From positions 16,253 through 80,252 of the forward strand of contig JBKHJZ010000001.1 in the NCBI GenBank assembly GCA_046537875.1: a stretch of DNA of 64,000 nucleotides, in the 5' to 3' direction. The first letter of the stretch is position 1. The number at the start of each line of letters is the position of its first letter. Below, in pieces: positions 46,940 to 55,374 of the stretch. Source of the stretch: Acidimicrobiia bacterium. Lineage in GTDB: Bacteria > Actinomycetota > Acidimicrobiia > Acidimicrobiales > VFJN01. A program made the position numbers and the translations under genes. The notes under the pieces were generated by a model. The model made no database searches. It was not told the origin of the DNA and saw only the letters and a program-made list of their open reading frames with translations.

Positions 46940-47340
46940 GCGGGCCGACCCTCGCCGACGTCGACGCCGGGGTGCGCCGGACGCTCGCCGCCTACACCCA
47001 GGCCCTCGACGACGGCCGCGCCGCCGACGTGGTCGCCACCTTCTGCCCCGACGGTGTGGTCGACATCCCCGGGATGGGCACCCACGAGGGCCACGAGGCC
47101 CTGCTCGCGGCGTACACCGGCTGGGCGCCGCAGCGCCCGCAGCGCCACCTCGTGCTCAACACGCACATCACGCGCTGGGACGAGCACGAGGCCGAGGCGG
47201 TGAGCGACATCGTCCTCCTGCTCCTCGGGGAGAGGGGTTGGAAGGTCCAGCTGGTCGGTCGCTACGAGGACCTGCTCCACCACGACGACGGCACGTGGCG
47301 ATTCCGTCGCCGCCGGGCCACTTTCGTGACGGGCGGGTGA
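46936..47340 (+). CDS. NTF2-fold (SnoaL-like) protein, possibly a beta-subunit-like partner of the Rieske oxygenase
   Basis: GTGA overlap with the Rieske gene (46936-46939). 134 aa. RHLVLNTHI...GRYEDLLHHDDGTWRFRRR pattern of SnoaL_4/NTF2-like proteins. Confidence 0.75.
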   Translation: MSGPTLADVDAGVRRTLAAYTQALDDGRAADVVATFCPDGVVDIPGMGTHEGHEALLAAYTGWAPQRPQRHLVLNTHITRWDEHEAEAVSDIVLLLLGERGWKVQLVGRYEDLLHHDDGTWRFRRRRATFVTGG

Positions 47341-47347
47341 GGAGAGC

Positions 47348-48175
47348 TCAGCCCGTGTGCTCGGGCAGCACCTCGCGCACGAAGGCCTCGACCTGGGCGG
47401 CCCCGGCACCGGGCCACCCACACACCAGGTACCCGTAGCCGGCCTCCTGCCAGCCCTCCAGGTGCTTGGCGGCCTTGTCGAGGTCGTCGAGCGAGAGCGA
47501 CCCGGCTCGCACGATGTCGGAGGGGTCGCGGCCCACCTCGGTCGCCAGCTCGTCGACGCGCCGGTTCGCGTCGGCGAGCGACCTCGGCGTGCCCCATGCG
47601 TGCCACACGTCGGCGTACCGGGCGACCAGCGGCAGGGTCCGGCGCGGGCCGGTGCCGCCGATCCAGATCGGCGGGCGCGGCTGCTGGACCGGCACCGGTC
47701 GGAGCCGGGCGTCTCGGAGTGACACCACCGCGCCGTCGTACGACACCACCTCGCCGGTGAACAGGCGGGTGACGATCTCCAGCGCGTCCTCGAGCAGGTC
47801 GAACCTCTCGCCGAGCGGGGGGAACGGGATGCCCAGCTCGTGGTGCTCCCTGTCGTACCAGGCGGCACCCAGCGACAGCTCGAGCCGGCCGTGCGAGGCG
47901 TGGTCGATGGTGAGCGCCTGCGCGGCGAGCACCGACGGGTGCCGGTAGGTCACGCCGGTGACGAGCAGCCCGAGCCGGATGCGCGACGTCCGGCCGGCCA
48001 GCGCCGCCAGCGTGGTCACGCCCTCGAAGGTCTCCCCCGGGCCCTCGCCGTACATCGGTTGGAAGTGGTCGAACCCCCACGCGCCGTCGAAGCCGAGTTC
48101 CTCGGCGAGCTGCACCCGCCGCACGAGCTCGTCCCAGGACACGCGCTGCTGGGCCACGTCGAGTCCGAAACGCAT
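47348..48175 (-). CDS. LLM-class (luciferase-like) F420-dependent oxidoreductase
   Basis: ATG at 48175 (MRFGLDV...). GFDGAWGFDHF and GRLELSLGAAW motifs. 275 aa. Confidence 0.8.
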   Translation of the reverse strand: MRFGLDVAQQRVSWDELVRRVQLAEELGFDGAWGFDHFQPMYGEGPGETFEGVTTLAALAGRTSRIRLGLLVTGVTYRHPSVLAAQALTIDHASHGRLELSLGAAWYDREHHELGIPFPPLGERFDLLEDALEIVTRLFTGEVVSYDGAVVSLRDARLRPVPVQQPRPPIWIGGTGPRRTLPLVARYADVWHAWGTPRSLADANRRVDELATEVGRDPSDIVRAGSLSLDDLDKAAKHLEGWQEAGYGYLVCGWPGAGAAQVEAFVREVLPEHTG

Positions 48176-48261
48176 GGCCGCAGACCTTGGCACACCGCGC
48201 GGCATCTGTCCCATGGCCGTGCCCGCGTGGAGGTCGACGGCCCGGCACAGGGCCGCACGCG

Positions 48262-49095
48262 CTAGAGCCCGCCGCCGGCCTTCGGGTCGCGGGGGCGGAT
48301 CATGGCGTCCTGGACGAAGGAGGCCACCAGCCGGCCAGCCGCGTCGAACACGTCGGCGGTGCCGTACGAGCGGCCCCGGCCGGCGTAGGGGCTGCGGTGG
48401 GACAGCAGGTTCCACGCCCCGGCGTCGACCGGCTCGTGGAAGGTGATCGTGTGCGAGATCACCCCGGTGGACAGCGACCGGTGGGCCTGGGCCTGCCCCA
48501 CGCCCTCGTGCGGGCGCATCGCCGTGCCGATGAGGAACCCGTCGGTGGCGAACGCGAGGAGCGCCTGGTTCAGCGCCGGGTCGTCGGGAGCGCCGGCGAA
48601 GCGCGTCCAGACGTCGAGCTCGGCGGGGCCGACGGCGTCCGGGTCGTCGATGTCGACGTCGCCCACGATGTGCACGGCCCACTCGGCGGGCGCATCGGCG
48701 TCGTCGCCCGGCGCGGCCACGGTCGGCGCGGGTGCGGCGTGGCGGATGCAGTCGGGCTCGTCGGCGCTCTGCAGCACCTGGGCGCGCACGCAGGTGCGGT
48801 CGCCCTGGCGCAGCGTGACCGTGCTGCTCGCGAACGTGCGCCCGCCGTGCACCGGCTCGACCTCGATGTCGAGGCCGGCGTCCGGCGAGGCGCCCCGGGC
48901 GAACACGGCGTGCAGGGTCTTCACCGGCATCCCGGGGTGGGCGGCGCCGGCGGCCAGCAGTGCCTGGCCGAGCAGCTGGCCGCCGAAGACCACGCCGTGG
49001 GTCGACCGGGCGTTGCCGGCCCGGAACCGGCCCGCGCCGACCGGCTCGAGGTCGTAGGCGGCGAGGATGTCGGCGGTGGCCGTGCCGGTGCTCAC
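48262..49095 (-). CDS. tesB: Acyl-CoA thioesterase II (double hotdog)
   Basis: GTGA overlap with the upstream SDR (49092-49095). VFGGQLLGQALLAA and C-terminal GRGRSYGTADVFDAAGRLVASFVQDAMIR align with the TesB pattern. Confidence 0.8.
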   Translation of the reverse strand: MSTGTATADILAAYDLEPVGAGRFRAGNARSTHGVVFGGQLLGQALLAAGAAHPGMPVKTLHAVFARGASPDAGLDIEVEPVHGGRTFASSTVTLRQGDRTCVRAQVLQSADEPDCIRHAAPAPTVAAPGDDADAPAEWAVHIVGDVDIDDPDAVGPAELDVWTRFAGAPDDPALNQALLAFATDGFLIGTAMRPHEGVGQAQAHRSLSTGVISHTITFHEPVDAGAWNLLSHRSPYAGRGRSYGTADVFDAAGRLVASFVQDAMIRPRDPKAGGGL

Positions 49096-49862
49096 TTGGG
49101 CGGGAAGCGCAGGGCACCGTCGAGGCGGATGTTCTCGCCGTTCAGGTAGGGGTTCCGCACGATGCTCTCCACGAGGAGCGCGAACTCCTCCGGGCGGCCC
49201 ATGCGCCTGGGGAAGACGATGCTCTGGGTGAGCTTGGCCTGCAGTTCCTCGGGGGTGCTCAGCATGAGCGGCGTGCCCATCGTGCCGGGCGCGATCCCGC
49301 ACACCCGGATGCCCACCACGGCGAGGTCGCGGGCGAGCGGCAGGGTCATGCCGAGGATCGCGGCCTTGGCTGCCGCGTAGGCGACCTGGCCGGTCTGGCC
49401 CTCCATGCCGGCGATCGAGCCGGTGTTCACGACGACGCCCCGCTGGCCGTCCGCATCCGGATCGTTGGCGGCCATGGCGGCCGCGGCGAGCCGGGTCACG
49501 TTGAAGGTCCCGAACGCGTTCATCCCCATGGTGTCGATGAACACGTCCTTGCCGGCGGGGTTGCCCTCGCGGTCGAGGGTGCGGCCGCCACCGGTGGCGC
49601 CGCCGGCCACGTTGACCACGATCGACAGCGTGCCGAGCCGCTGGGCGGCCTCGATGGCCGACCGCACGGCGTCGTCGTCGTTCACGTCGCCGCCGGCGGC
49701 CGCGGCGTCGTCCCCCAGCTCCTTCGCGAGCGTCTCGGCCCTGGACAGGTCGAGGTCGTAGACGACCGTGCGCACGCCCTGCGCCACCAGGTGGCGCACG
49801 GTCGCCGCGCCCAGCCCGCCGGCGCCGCCGGTCACGATCGCAGAACGTCCAGTCAGGTCCAC
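49092..49862 (-). CDS. SDR, 3-hydroxyacyl-CoA dehydrogenase type 2 (HSD10-like)
   Basis: TGGAGGLG and YAAAKAA motifs. The internal insertion and C-terminus YLNGENIRLDGALR are typical of this subgroup. GTG start follows GGAGGAGC. Confidence 0.85.
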   Translation of the reverse strand: MDLTGRSAIVTGGAGGLGAATVRHLVAQGVRTVVYDLDLSRAETLAKELGDDAAAAGGDVNDDDAVRSAIEAAQRLGTLSIVVNVAGGATGGGRTLDREGNPAGKDVFIDTMGMNAFGTFNVTRLAAAAMAANDPDADGQRGVVVNTGSIAGMEGQTGQVAYAAAKAAILGMTLPLARDLAVVGIRVCGIAPGTMGTPLMLSTPEELQAKLTQSIVFPRRMGRPEEFALLVESIVRNPYLNGENIRLDGALRFPPK

Positions 49863-49904
49863 GGGTGCTCCTCCAGTCGAGCCGGTGGCCGGACGCTAGA
49901 AGGA

Positions 49905-49920
49905 TCTGACAGTCGGGTCA
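49905..49920. promoter_or_regulatory. Operator-like site TCTGACAGTCGGGTCA (TGAC-N6-GTCA)
   Basis: It lies between the double-TetR stop (which it overlaps) and the start of the SDR-tesB-LLM genes. It matches the site at 52231-52246 at 14 of 16 positions (that site read on the opposite strand). Confidence 0.4.
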
Positions 49921-51228
49921 ATCGCCGGTGCGGGCACCGAAGAAGCCCCGCTGCAGCACGAGCGCCGCCGTGTCGAGCTCCGACGGCGTCCGCTCGCGCC
50001 CGCCGAGGGAGGACAGGAAGGCCAGCAGGACGGCGGCCTCCAGGTCGACGTCCCCGAAGCCGCGCTCGGCCAGCCGGCGGGAGAGCCGGCGGCGGCCCCA
50101 GTCCAGCGTCGGCGCGATCTCGCGCACCGGATCGCCGGCGTTCCGGAGCGCGTCCGACCACACCCGGATCATCGCCGTCGCGCCCGCCTGCGCCTGGTTG
50201 TAGTCGGCCAGCCAGCGCCGCACCGCCGCCCGGCTGGCGGTGCCGTCCTGCACGTCGGGCAGGCGCTGCAGCGTGTCGGCGGCGGCACGCATGGCGTCGA
50301 GCGCCAGCACCTGGGCGACGTGGTCCTTGCCGTGGAAGTACGTGTAGAGCGTCCCGTGCGAGAGCCCGGCCCTCTCGGCGATCGCGTCGATGCGGGTCCC
50401 GTGGTACCCGTGGCGCAGGAACCCGGTGCGGGCGGCGTCCAGCAGGGCAGCCCGGGTGGCGCGGTCGCCGCCGGTGCGCCCGTCGTGCTCCATGCCGGAG
50501 CGGACGAGCGGACCGAACGGCAGCCGCGGCGGTGCGGGAAGGTCGTGCTCGTGGACGTTCACCGCCGGATCGAGGGAGAACAGGGCCCGGTGCACGACGT
50601 CGGTCAGGGCGTCGAGTGTCGCCCCGCGGGGGAACGCGCCGGGCACGGCGCGGCGCAGCATGCCGATGTCCTCGAAGGCCCGGGGAAAGCTCACGAGGAA
50701 CAGGTCGACCGTGCCGTCGACGGCGGCCTGTGCCAGGTCGCTGTTGCGGACCCGGGCGGCGATCGCGCTCACGAAGCGCGACCGGGCCCGGGTGGCGTCC
50801 TCGGCGAAGGTGGCGTCGGTCTCGAGCATGACCGGGAAGGCGTCGAACACCGGCTGGTGCCGCTCGTGGATCTCGCCCCAGCGCTCCACCAGGTCACGCA
50901 GGGATGCCCATCCCTCGGCGTCCGGCGTGACCGGACGCAGCCAGGCCACCGCGGCGTCGAGCTGGAGCGTGAGCTGGGCGGCGAGGTGCCGGAGCAGGTC
51001 GTCCTTGTCGGCGAAGTACTGGTACAGGGCGGCCCGGGAGCAGCCGGCCTCCTTCGCGATCCGCTCGACGCTGCCGTGGTACAGCCCGACATCCCCGAAG
51101 ACCCGCAGGGCGGCGTCGAGGATGCGGTGCCGGGTCCGCTGGCCACGCGCCCCGACGTGGGGGTTGGCGCCGAACGGTGCCCGGCGGACGGCGTCGGCGG
51201 GACCGTTCGCGGCGACGCGGTCGGTCAC
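49918..51228 (-). CDS. Tandem (double) TetR-family regulator: two complete TetR modules in one polypeptide
   Basis: 436 aa from the GTG at 51228, 8 nt after the upstream hydratase stop. First HTH: SVERIAKEAGCSRAALYQYFADKDDLL. Second HTH: RIDAIAERAGLSHGTLYTYFHGKDHV. Each is followed by about 150 aa of ligand-domain-like sequence. Confidence 0.75.
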   Translation of the reverse strand: MTDRVAANGPADAVRRAPFGANPHVGARGQRTRHRILDAALRVFGDVGLYHGSVERIAKEAGCSRAALYQYFADKDDLLRHLAAQLTLQLDAAVAWLRPVTPDAEGWASLRDLVERWGEIHERHQPVFDAFPVMLETDATFAEDATRARSRFVSAIAARVRNSDLAQAAVDGTVDLFLVSFPRAFEDIGMLRRAVPGAFPRGATLDALTDVVHRALFSLDPAVNVHEHDLPAPPRLPFGPLVRSGMEHDGRTGGDRATRAALLDAARTGFLRHGYHGTRIDAIAERAGLSHGTLYTYFHGKDHVAQVLALDAMRAAADTLQRLPDVQDGTASRAAVRRWLADYNQAQAGATAMIRVWSDALRNAGDPVREIAPTLDWGRRRLSRRLAERGFGDVDLEAAVLLAFLSSLGGRERTPSELDTAALVLQRGFFGARTGD

Positions 51229-51236
51229 GGGATCGG

Positions 51237-52145
51237 CTACTCCGCGGCCCGGACCCGGTCCTTGGCGGCCCGCACGATGGGCGGCGCCTGCTTCCAGTTG
51301 GGGATGCCGTCCTCCTCGAGCGCCACGGGGTACTTGTTCTCGTGCACCTGCGCCCAGTGCGAGTGGTTCAGCTCGTGGATCGTGAAGGAGGCGTTCAGGG
51401 CGTTGTAGAAGCCCATCATGTCCTGTGACTGGTTCACCGACTCCTTGATGAGCAGCGCCGGCATGGTGGGCACCTCCGCGATGCGGCGGGCGAAGTCGAT
51501 CGTGCGCTCCTCGAGCTCGTCCTCCGGGAAGAGCTTGCTGACCATGCCGAGCCGGTACGCGTCCTCGGCGGTCAGGGCGTCGCCGGTGAGCAGCAGCTCC
51601 TTGGCCTTCCGGGGGCCGAGCTCCCAGGGGTGGGCGAAGTACTCGACGCCGCACATGCCGAGGCGGGTGCCGACCACGTCCGCGAAGCGGGCCGTGTCGG
51701 CGGCGACGATCAGGTCGCACGCCCACAGGAGCATGAGCCCGGCGGCGTACACGTCGCCGTGGGCCTGACCGATGGTGATCTTGCGCAGGTTCCGCCAGCG
51801 GCGGGTGTTGTCGAAGAAGTAGTGCCACTCCTGGAGCATCAGGCGCTCGGCGCCCTCGCGGGTGCCGCCGTTGGTCCGCCAGCTCGGGTGCTGGTCCGGG
51901 CCGGGCGCCATCTCGGCCAGCGACTGCTTGGAGCCCATGTCGTGCCCCGAGGAGAACATCGGCCCGGTCCCGCCGAGGATGACGACGCGCACCCGGTCGT
52001 CGGCCTCCGCCTCCATGAAGGCGTCGTGCAGGTCGACGAGCAGGCCCCGGTTCTGGGCGTTGCGGGCCTCGGGCCGGTTGAGCATGATCCGGACGATCCG
52101 ACCGTCGTCGATCGGCTCGTAGAGGACGTAGCGGTACTCGGACAT
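51237..52145 (-). CDS. Enoyl-CoA hydratase/isomerase family protein (long form)
   Basis: IVRIMLNRPEARNA and FSSGHDMG motifs. 302 aa. Confidence 0.85.
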   Translation of the reverse strand: MSEYRYVLYEPIDDGRIVRIMLNRPEARNAQNRGLLVDLHDAFMEAEADDRVRVVILGGTGPMFSSGHDMGSKQSLAEMAPGPDQHPSWRTNGGTREGAERLMLQEWHYFFDNTRRWRNLRKITIGQAHGDVYAAGLMLLWACDLIVAADTARFADVVGTRLGMCGVEYFAHPWELGPRKAKELLLTGDALTAEDAYRLGMVSKLFPEDELEERTIDFARRIAEVPTMPALLIKESVNQSQDMMGFYNALNASFTIHELNHSHWAQVHENKYPVALEEDGIPNWKQAPPIVRAAKDRVRAAE

Positions 52146-52164
52146 CGGCGTCTCCTGGCTCGGT

Positions 52165-52226
52165 CGGACAGTCTCGGACAGGGTCGGACGGGAAGCGGCG
52201 GACGGGAAGTGTCGGACGGATCGGAC
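52165..52226. repeat. Array of six direct (T/G)CGGAC repeats in a divergent promoter region
   Basis: CGGAC starts at 52165, 52175, 52185, 52199, 52213 and 52222 (spacings 10, 10, 14, 14, 9). Longer units TCGGACAG x2 and CGGACGGGAAG x2 are visible. Confidence 0.45.
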
Positions 52227-52230
52227 CAGC

Positions 52231-52246
52231 TGACTCTACTGTCAGA
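52231..52246. promoter_or_regulatory. Operator-like site TGACTCTACTGTCAGA (TGAC-N6-GTCA)
   Basis: It sits in the 132-bp divergent gap between the hydratase/double-TetR operon and the small-ORF/ligase operon. It is the partner of the site at 49905. Confidence 0.4.
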
Positions 52247-52277
52247 TTTGGGCGGGCGTCGTCTACCATCAGGCGTC

Positions 52278-52583
52278 ATGCGCCTGCGACCCGGGATGAA
52301 GCTGTACAGCACCGTCTGCGACGCGCAGGTCGTCGTCGTGAAGGCGCCGGCCGACGACGTCGCGGTCGCCTGCGGCGGCGCACCCATGGTGCCGGACGAC
52401 CCGGGCGGCACGTCCGGCACGCCGGATGCCTCGCTCGGCGAGGGCCCGGCCATCGGCAAGCGCTACGCCGGCGACGAGCTGGGCATCGAGCTGCTGTGCA
52501 GCCGGGCCGGCAGGGGTGCGCTCACGGTGAACGGCGAGCCGCTCCTGCTGAAGGGCGCCAAGCCGCTGCCCTCCTCGGACTGA
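52278..52583 (+). CDS. Hypothetical small protein (about 100 aa) with an internally repeated Cys-containing motif
   Basis: Coding-like composition, ending 14 nt before the ligase start. VCDAQVVVVKAP...ACGGAPM and ELLCSRAGRGALTVNGEPL look like two related half-motifs. An alternative start is at 52296. Confidence 0.5.
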   Translation: MRLRPGMKLYSTVCDAQVVVVKAPADDVAVACGGAPMVPDDPGGTSGTPDASLGEGPAIGKRYAGDELGIELLCSRAGRGALTVNGEPLLLKGAKPLPSSD

Positions 52584-52597
52584 GAGGCCGGGCCAGC

Positions 52598-54079
52598 ATG
52601 AACCTGCTGCTCCTGCTGGACATGGCCGCCGCGGCCCGGGGCGACGCCACCGCCGTGCAGGCGGCGGACCGGGCCCTGTCGGCGAGCGAGCTGCTCGCCG
52701 GGGCGTGGGCCGGCGCCGACCTCGTCGCCGGGCGGGACGCCGTCGCGTACGTGGGCACGAACGGCCTCGGCGTCCCGGTCGCCCTCTTCTCGGCCGCGGC
52801 GGCGGGTGTGCCGTTCGTCCCGCTGAACTACCGCCTCGCCGTCGACCAGCTCGAGTCGATGCTCCAGCCGCTGGGCGACGTCGTGGTCGTGGGGGAGGGC
52901 AGCGCCCACGACGCCCTCGCCGGGCGCGGCCACCCGGCCATCGCCGCGGGCGAGATGGTCGCCGGGGGCACGTCCGGGGACGCATCCGGCGACGTGCCGG
53001 TCGACGCCGACGGCCCCGCGGTCCTCCTGTACACCAGCGGCACGACCTCGGCCCCGAAGGCCGCCGTGCTGCGCCACCGGAACCTGTCGGCCTACGTCAT
53101 CGGCACGGTCGAGTTCGGTGGCGCCGGCCCGGACGAGGCCGTGCTGGTGAGCGTCCCGCCGTACCACGTCGCCGGCCTGGCCAACCTGCTGAGCAACCTC
53201 TACGCGGGGCGCCGCATCGTCTACCTGCCCCAGTTCGACGCCCGGGCCTGGGTCGACTCCGTGCGCCGGGAGGGCATCACCCACGCCATGGTCGTGCCCA
53301 CCATGCTCGCCCGCATCGCGGACGTGCTCGAGGCCGACGGTGCGGGCCTGCCCAGCCTCCGCACGCTCTCCTACGGCGGCGCCCGCACGCCCACCACCGT
53401 GCTGCGGCGGATCATGGACCTGCTCCCGGACGTCGACCTCACCAACGCCTACGGCCTCACCGAGACCAGCTCCACCATCGCCGTGCTCGGCCCCGACGAC
53501 CACCGGGCCGCCCGAGGTGGCGACCCCGTCGCCGTGTCCCGCCTCGCGTCAGCCGGCCGGGTGCTCCCCACCGTGGAGGTGGAGGTGCGCGACGAGACGG
53601 GCCGGCCTGCGCCCGCCGGCGGGCCCGGCGAGATCTTCGTGCGCGGCGAGCAGGTGTCGGGCGAGTACGCCACCGGCGCCGTGGTCGACGGCGACGGCTG
53701 GTTCCCGACGCGGGACCGCGGGTGGCTCGACGCCGACGGCTACCTGTTCATCGAGGGGCGCAACGACGACACGATCATCCGCGGCGGTGAGAACGTCGCC
53801 CCGGCCGAGATCGAGGAGGTCCTCCTCCGCCACCCCGGCATCGCCGAGTGCGCGGTGGTGGGTGTGCCCGACGACGAGTGGGGGCAGCGCATCGCCGTGG
53901 CCGTGGTGGCCCGCCCCGGGGCCGGCCTCGACGCGGAGGCGGTGCGCGCGTTCGCCCGCCGGTCGCTGCGCAGCTCCAAGACGCCCGACGTGGTGTCGTT
54001 CGTCGACGCGCTGCCGTACACCGAGACCGGCAAGCTGCTCCGCCGGGTCGTCGAGGCCGACCTCCGGGCGCGCGCCTGA
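52598..54079 (+). CDS. AMP-dependent acyl-CoA synthetase/ligase
   Basis: YTSGTTSAPKAA, YGLTE, FPTRDRG and TGKLLRR motifs. Confidence 0.85.
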   Translation: MNLLLLLDMAAAARGDATAVQAADRALSASELLAGAWAGADLVAGRDAVAYVGTNGLGVPVALFSAAAAGVPFVPLNYRLAVDQLESMLQPLGDVVVVGEGSAHDALAGRGHPAIAAGEMVAGGTSGDASGDVPVDADGPAVLLYTSGTTSAPKAAVLRHRNLSAYVIGTVEFGGAGPDEAVLVSVPPYHVAGLANLLSNLYAGRRIVYLPQFDARAWVDSVRREGITHAMVVPTMLARIADVLEADGAGLPSLRTLSYGGARTPTTVLRRIMDLLPDVDLTNAYGLTETSSTIAVLGPDDHRAARGGDPVAVSRLASAGRVLPTVEVEVRDETGRPAPAGGPGEIFVRGEQVSGEYATGAVVDGDGWFPTRDRGWLDADGYLFIEGRNDDTIIRGGENVAPAEIEEVLLRHPGIAECAVVGVPDDEWGQRIAVAVVARPGAGLDAEAVRAFARRSLRSSKTPDVVSFVDALPYTETGKLLRRVVEADLRARA

Positions 54080-54086
54080 CGCGAGG

Positions 54087-55358
54087 CTAGAAGACGCCGA
54101 TCCCGGCGGCCTCGTTGCGTGCCTTCCACTCGGCGCGGGTCATGCGGGTGGTGTCCACGTCGGTGGCCCGGGACCGCAGCGCGCCGACCGTGGCGTCCTC
54201 CCTGGCGGTGTGCCGGAACGGGTCCCAGTCGAAGAACCGGCAGGCGTTCTCCCACGTGATCCTGTGGATCTCGTCGTCGGTGCAGCCGGCGGCCTGGAGC
54301 TCGTTCCAGGAGAACTCGGGCGACTCCGGCCACGTCGTGTCGGTGTGCGGGTAGTCGCACTCCCAGGCGATGATGTCCATGCCGATGCGGTGGCGCAGCT
54401 CGAGCCCGGACGGGTCGGTGATGTAGCACGCCAGGAAGTGGTCGCGGAAGACCTCCGACGGGAGCTTGCCGCCGAACTCGTCGCCGCCGTGCAGCCAGGT
54501 CTGGTTGGTCCAGTGGCGGTCGATGCGGTCGAGGTAGAAGGGCACCCAGCCGATGCCCCCCTCCGACAGCGCCACCCGGAGGTCCGGGAACTTCTGGAAC
54601 ACGCCGCCGAACAGCAGGTCCTGGGCGGTGATGGCCGCGATCTGGGTGGCCAGCACCATGAGGTGGTCGATCGGCGCCTCGGCGGGCCGGCGGATGACCT
54701 CGAACCCGGCGCCGATGTGCAGCGAGAGCACCATGTTCTCGTCGCAGATCGCCTTCAGCATCGGGTCCCAGTGGCCGGACAGGAAGCTCGGCAGGCCGTA
54801 CACGTGGGGCGTCTCGAGGAAGCTGATCGACCGGCAGCCCTTCCGGCCGATGCGGTGGATCTCCTCGGCGGCGAGCTCCGGGTCCCAGTTCGGCACCATG
54901 CCGAGCGGGATGAAGCGCCCGGGGTACTCGGCGCACCACTCGTCGAGGACCCAGTCGTTGTAGCCCCGGAGCATGACGTGGGCGATCTCCTTGTCCTCGC
55001 CCTCGTTGAAGGTGCGGGCGCTGTAGCCGGCCATGGTGGGGAAGTTCATCGACGCGAGCACGCCGTTGGCGTCCATGTCCCGCACGCGCTGGTGCACGTC
55101 GAAGCAGCCGGGCCGCAGCTCCTGGTACGAGCCGGGGTTGAAGCCCCACTCCTCGCGGGGCCAGCCCACGGTGGCGGCCATGCCGAACGGGGTGGAGGTT
55201 GCGGAGCCCTGGAAGTGCCACTCGTCGACGCCCTTGTCGTTGCGCACGACCTTCGGCATGTCGGCCTTCCACTTCTCCGGCACGTGGTTCTCGAACAGGT
55301 TCGGCGGCTCGATCATGTGGTCGTCGATGCTGACCAGGATCATGTCGTCCATCTGCAT
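54087..55358 (-). CDS. Amidohydrolase-2 (PF04909-like) family protein, paralog C
   Basis: VSIDDHMIEP N-terminal motif and WECDYPHTDT C-terminal motif. It starts 16 nt after the P450 stop. Confidence 0.8.
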   Translation of the reverse strand: MQMDDMILVSIDDHMIEPPNLFENHVPEKWKADMPKVVRNDKGVDEWHFQGSATSTPFGMAATVGWPREEWGFNPGSYQELRPGCFDVHQRVRDMDANGVLASMNFPTMAGYSARTFNEGEDKEIAHVMLRGYNDWVLDEWCAEYPGRFIPLGMVPNWDPELAAEEIHRIGRKGCRSISFLETPHVYGLPSFLSGHWDPMLKAICDENMVLSLHIGAGFEVIRRPAEAPIDHLMVLATQIAAITAQDLLFGGVFQKFPDLRVALSEGGIGWVPFYLDRIDRHWTNQTWLHGGDEFGGKLPSEVFRDHFLACYITDPSGLELRHRIGMDIIAWECDYPHTDTTWPESPEFSWNELQAAGCTDDEIHRITWENACRFFDWDPFRHTAREDATVGALRSRATDVDTTRMTRAEWKARNEAAGIGVF

Positions 55359-55374
55359 GGCGGTGGTGCTCCTC

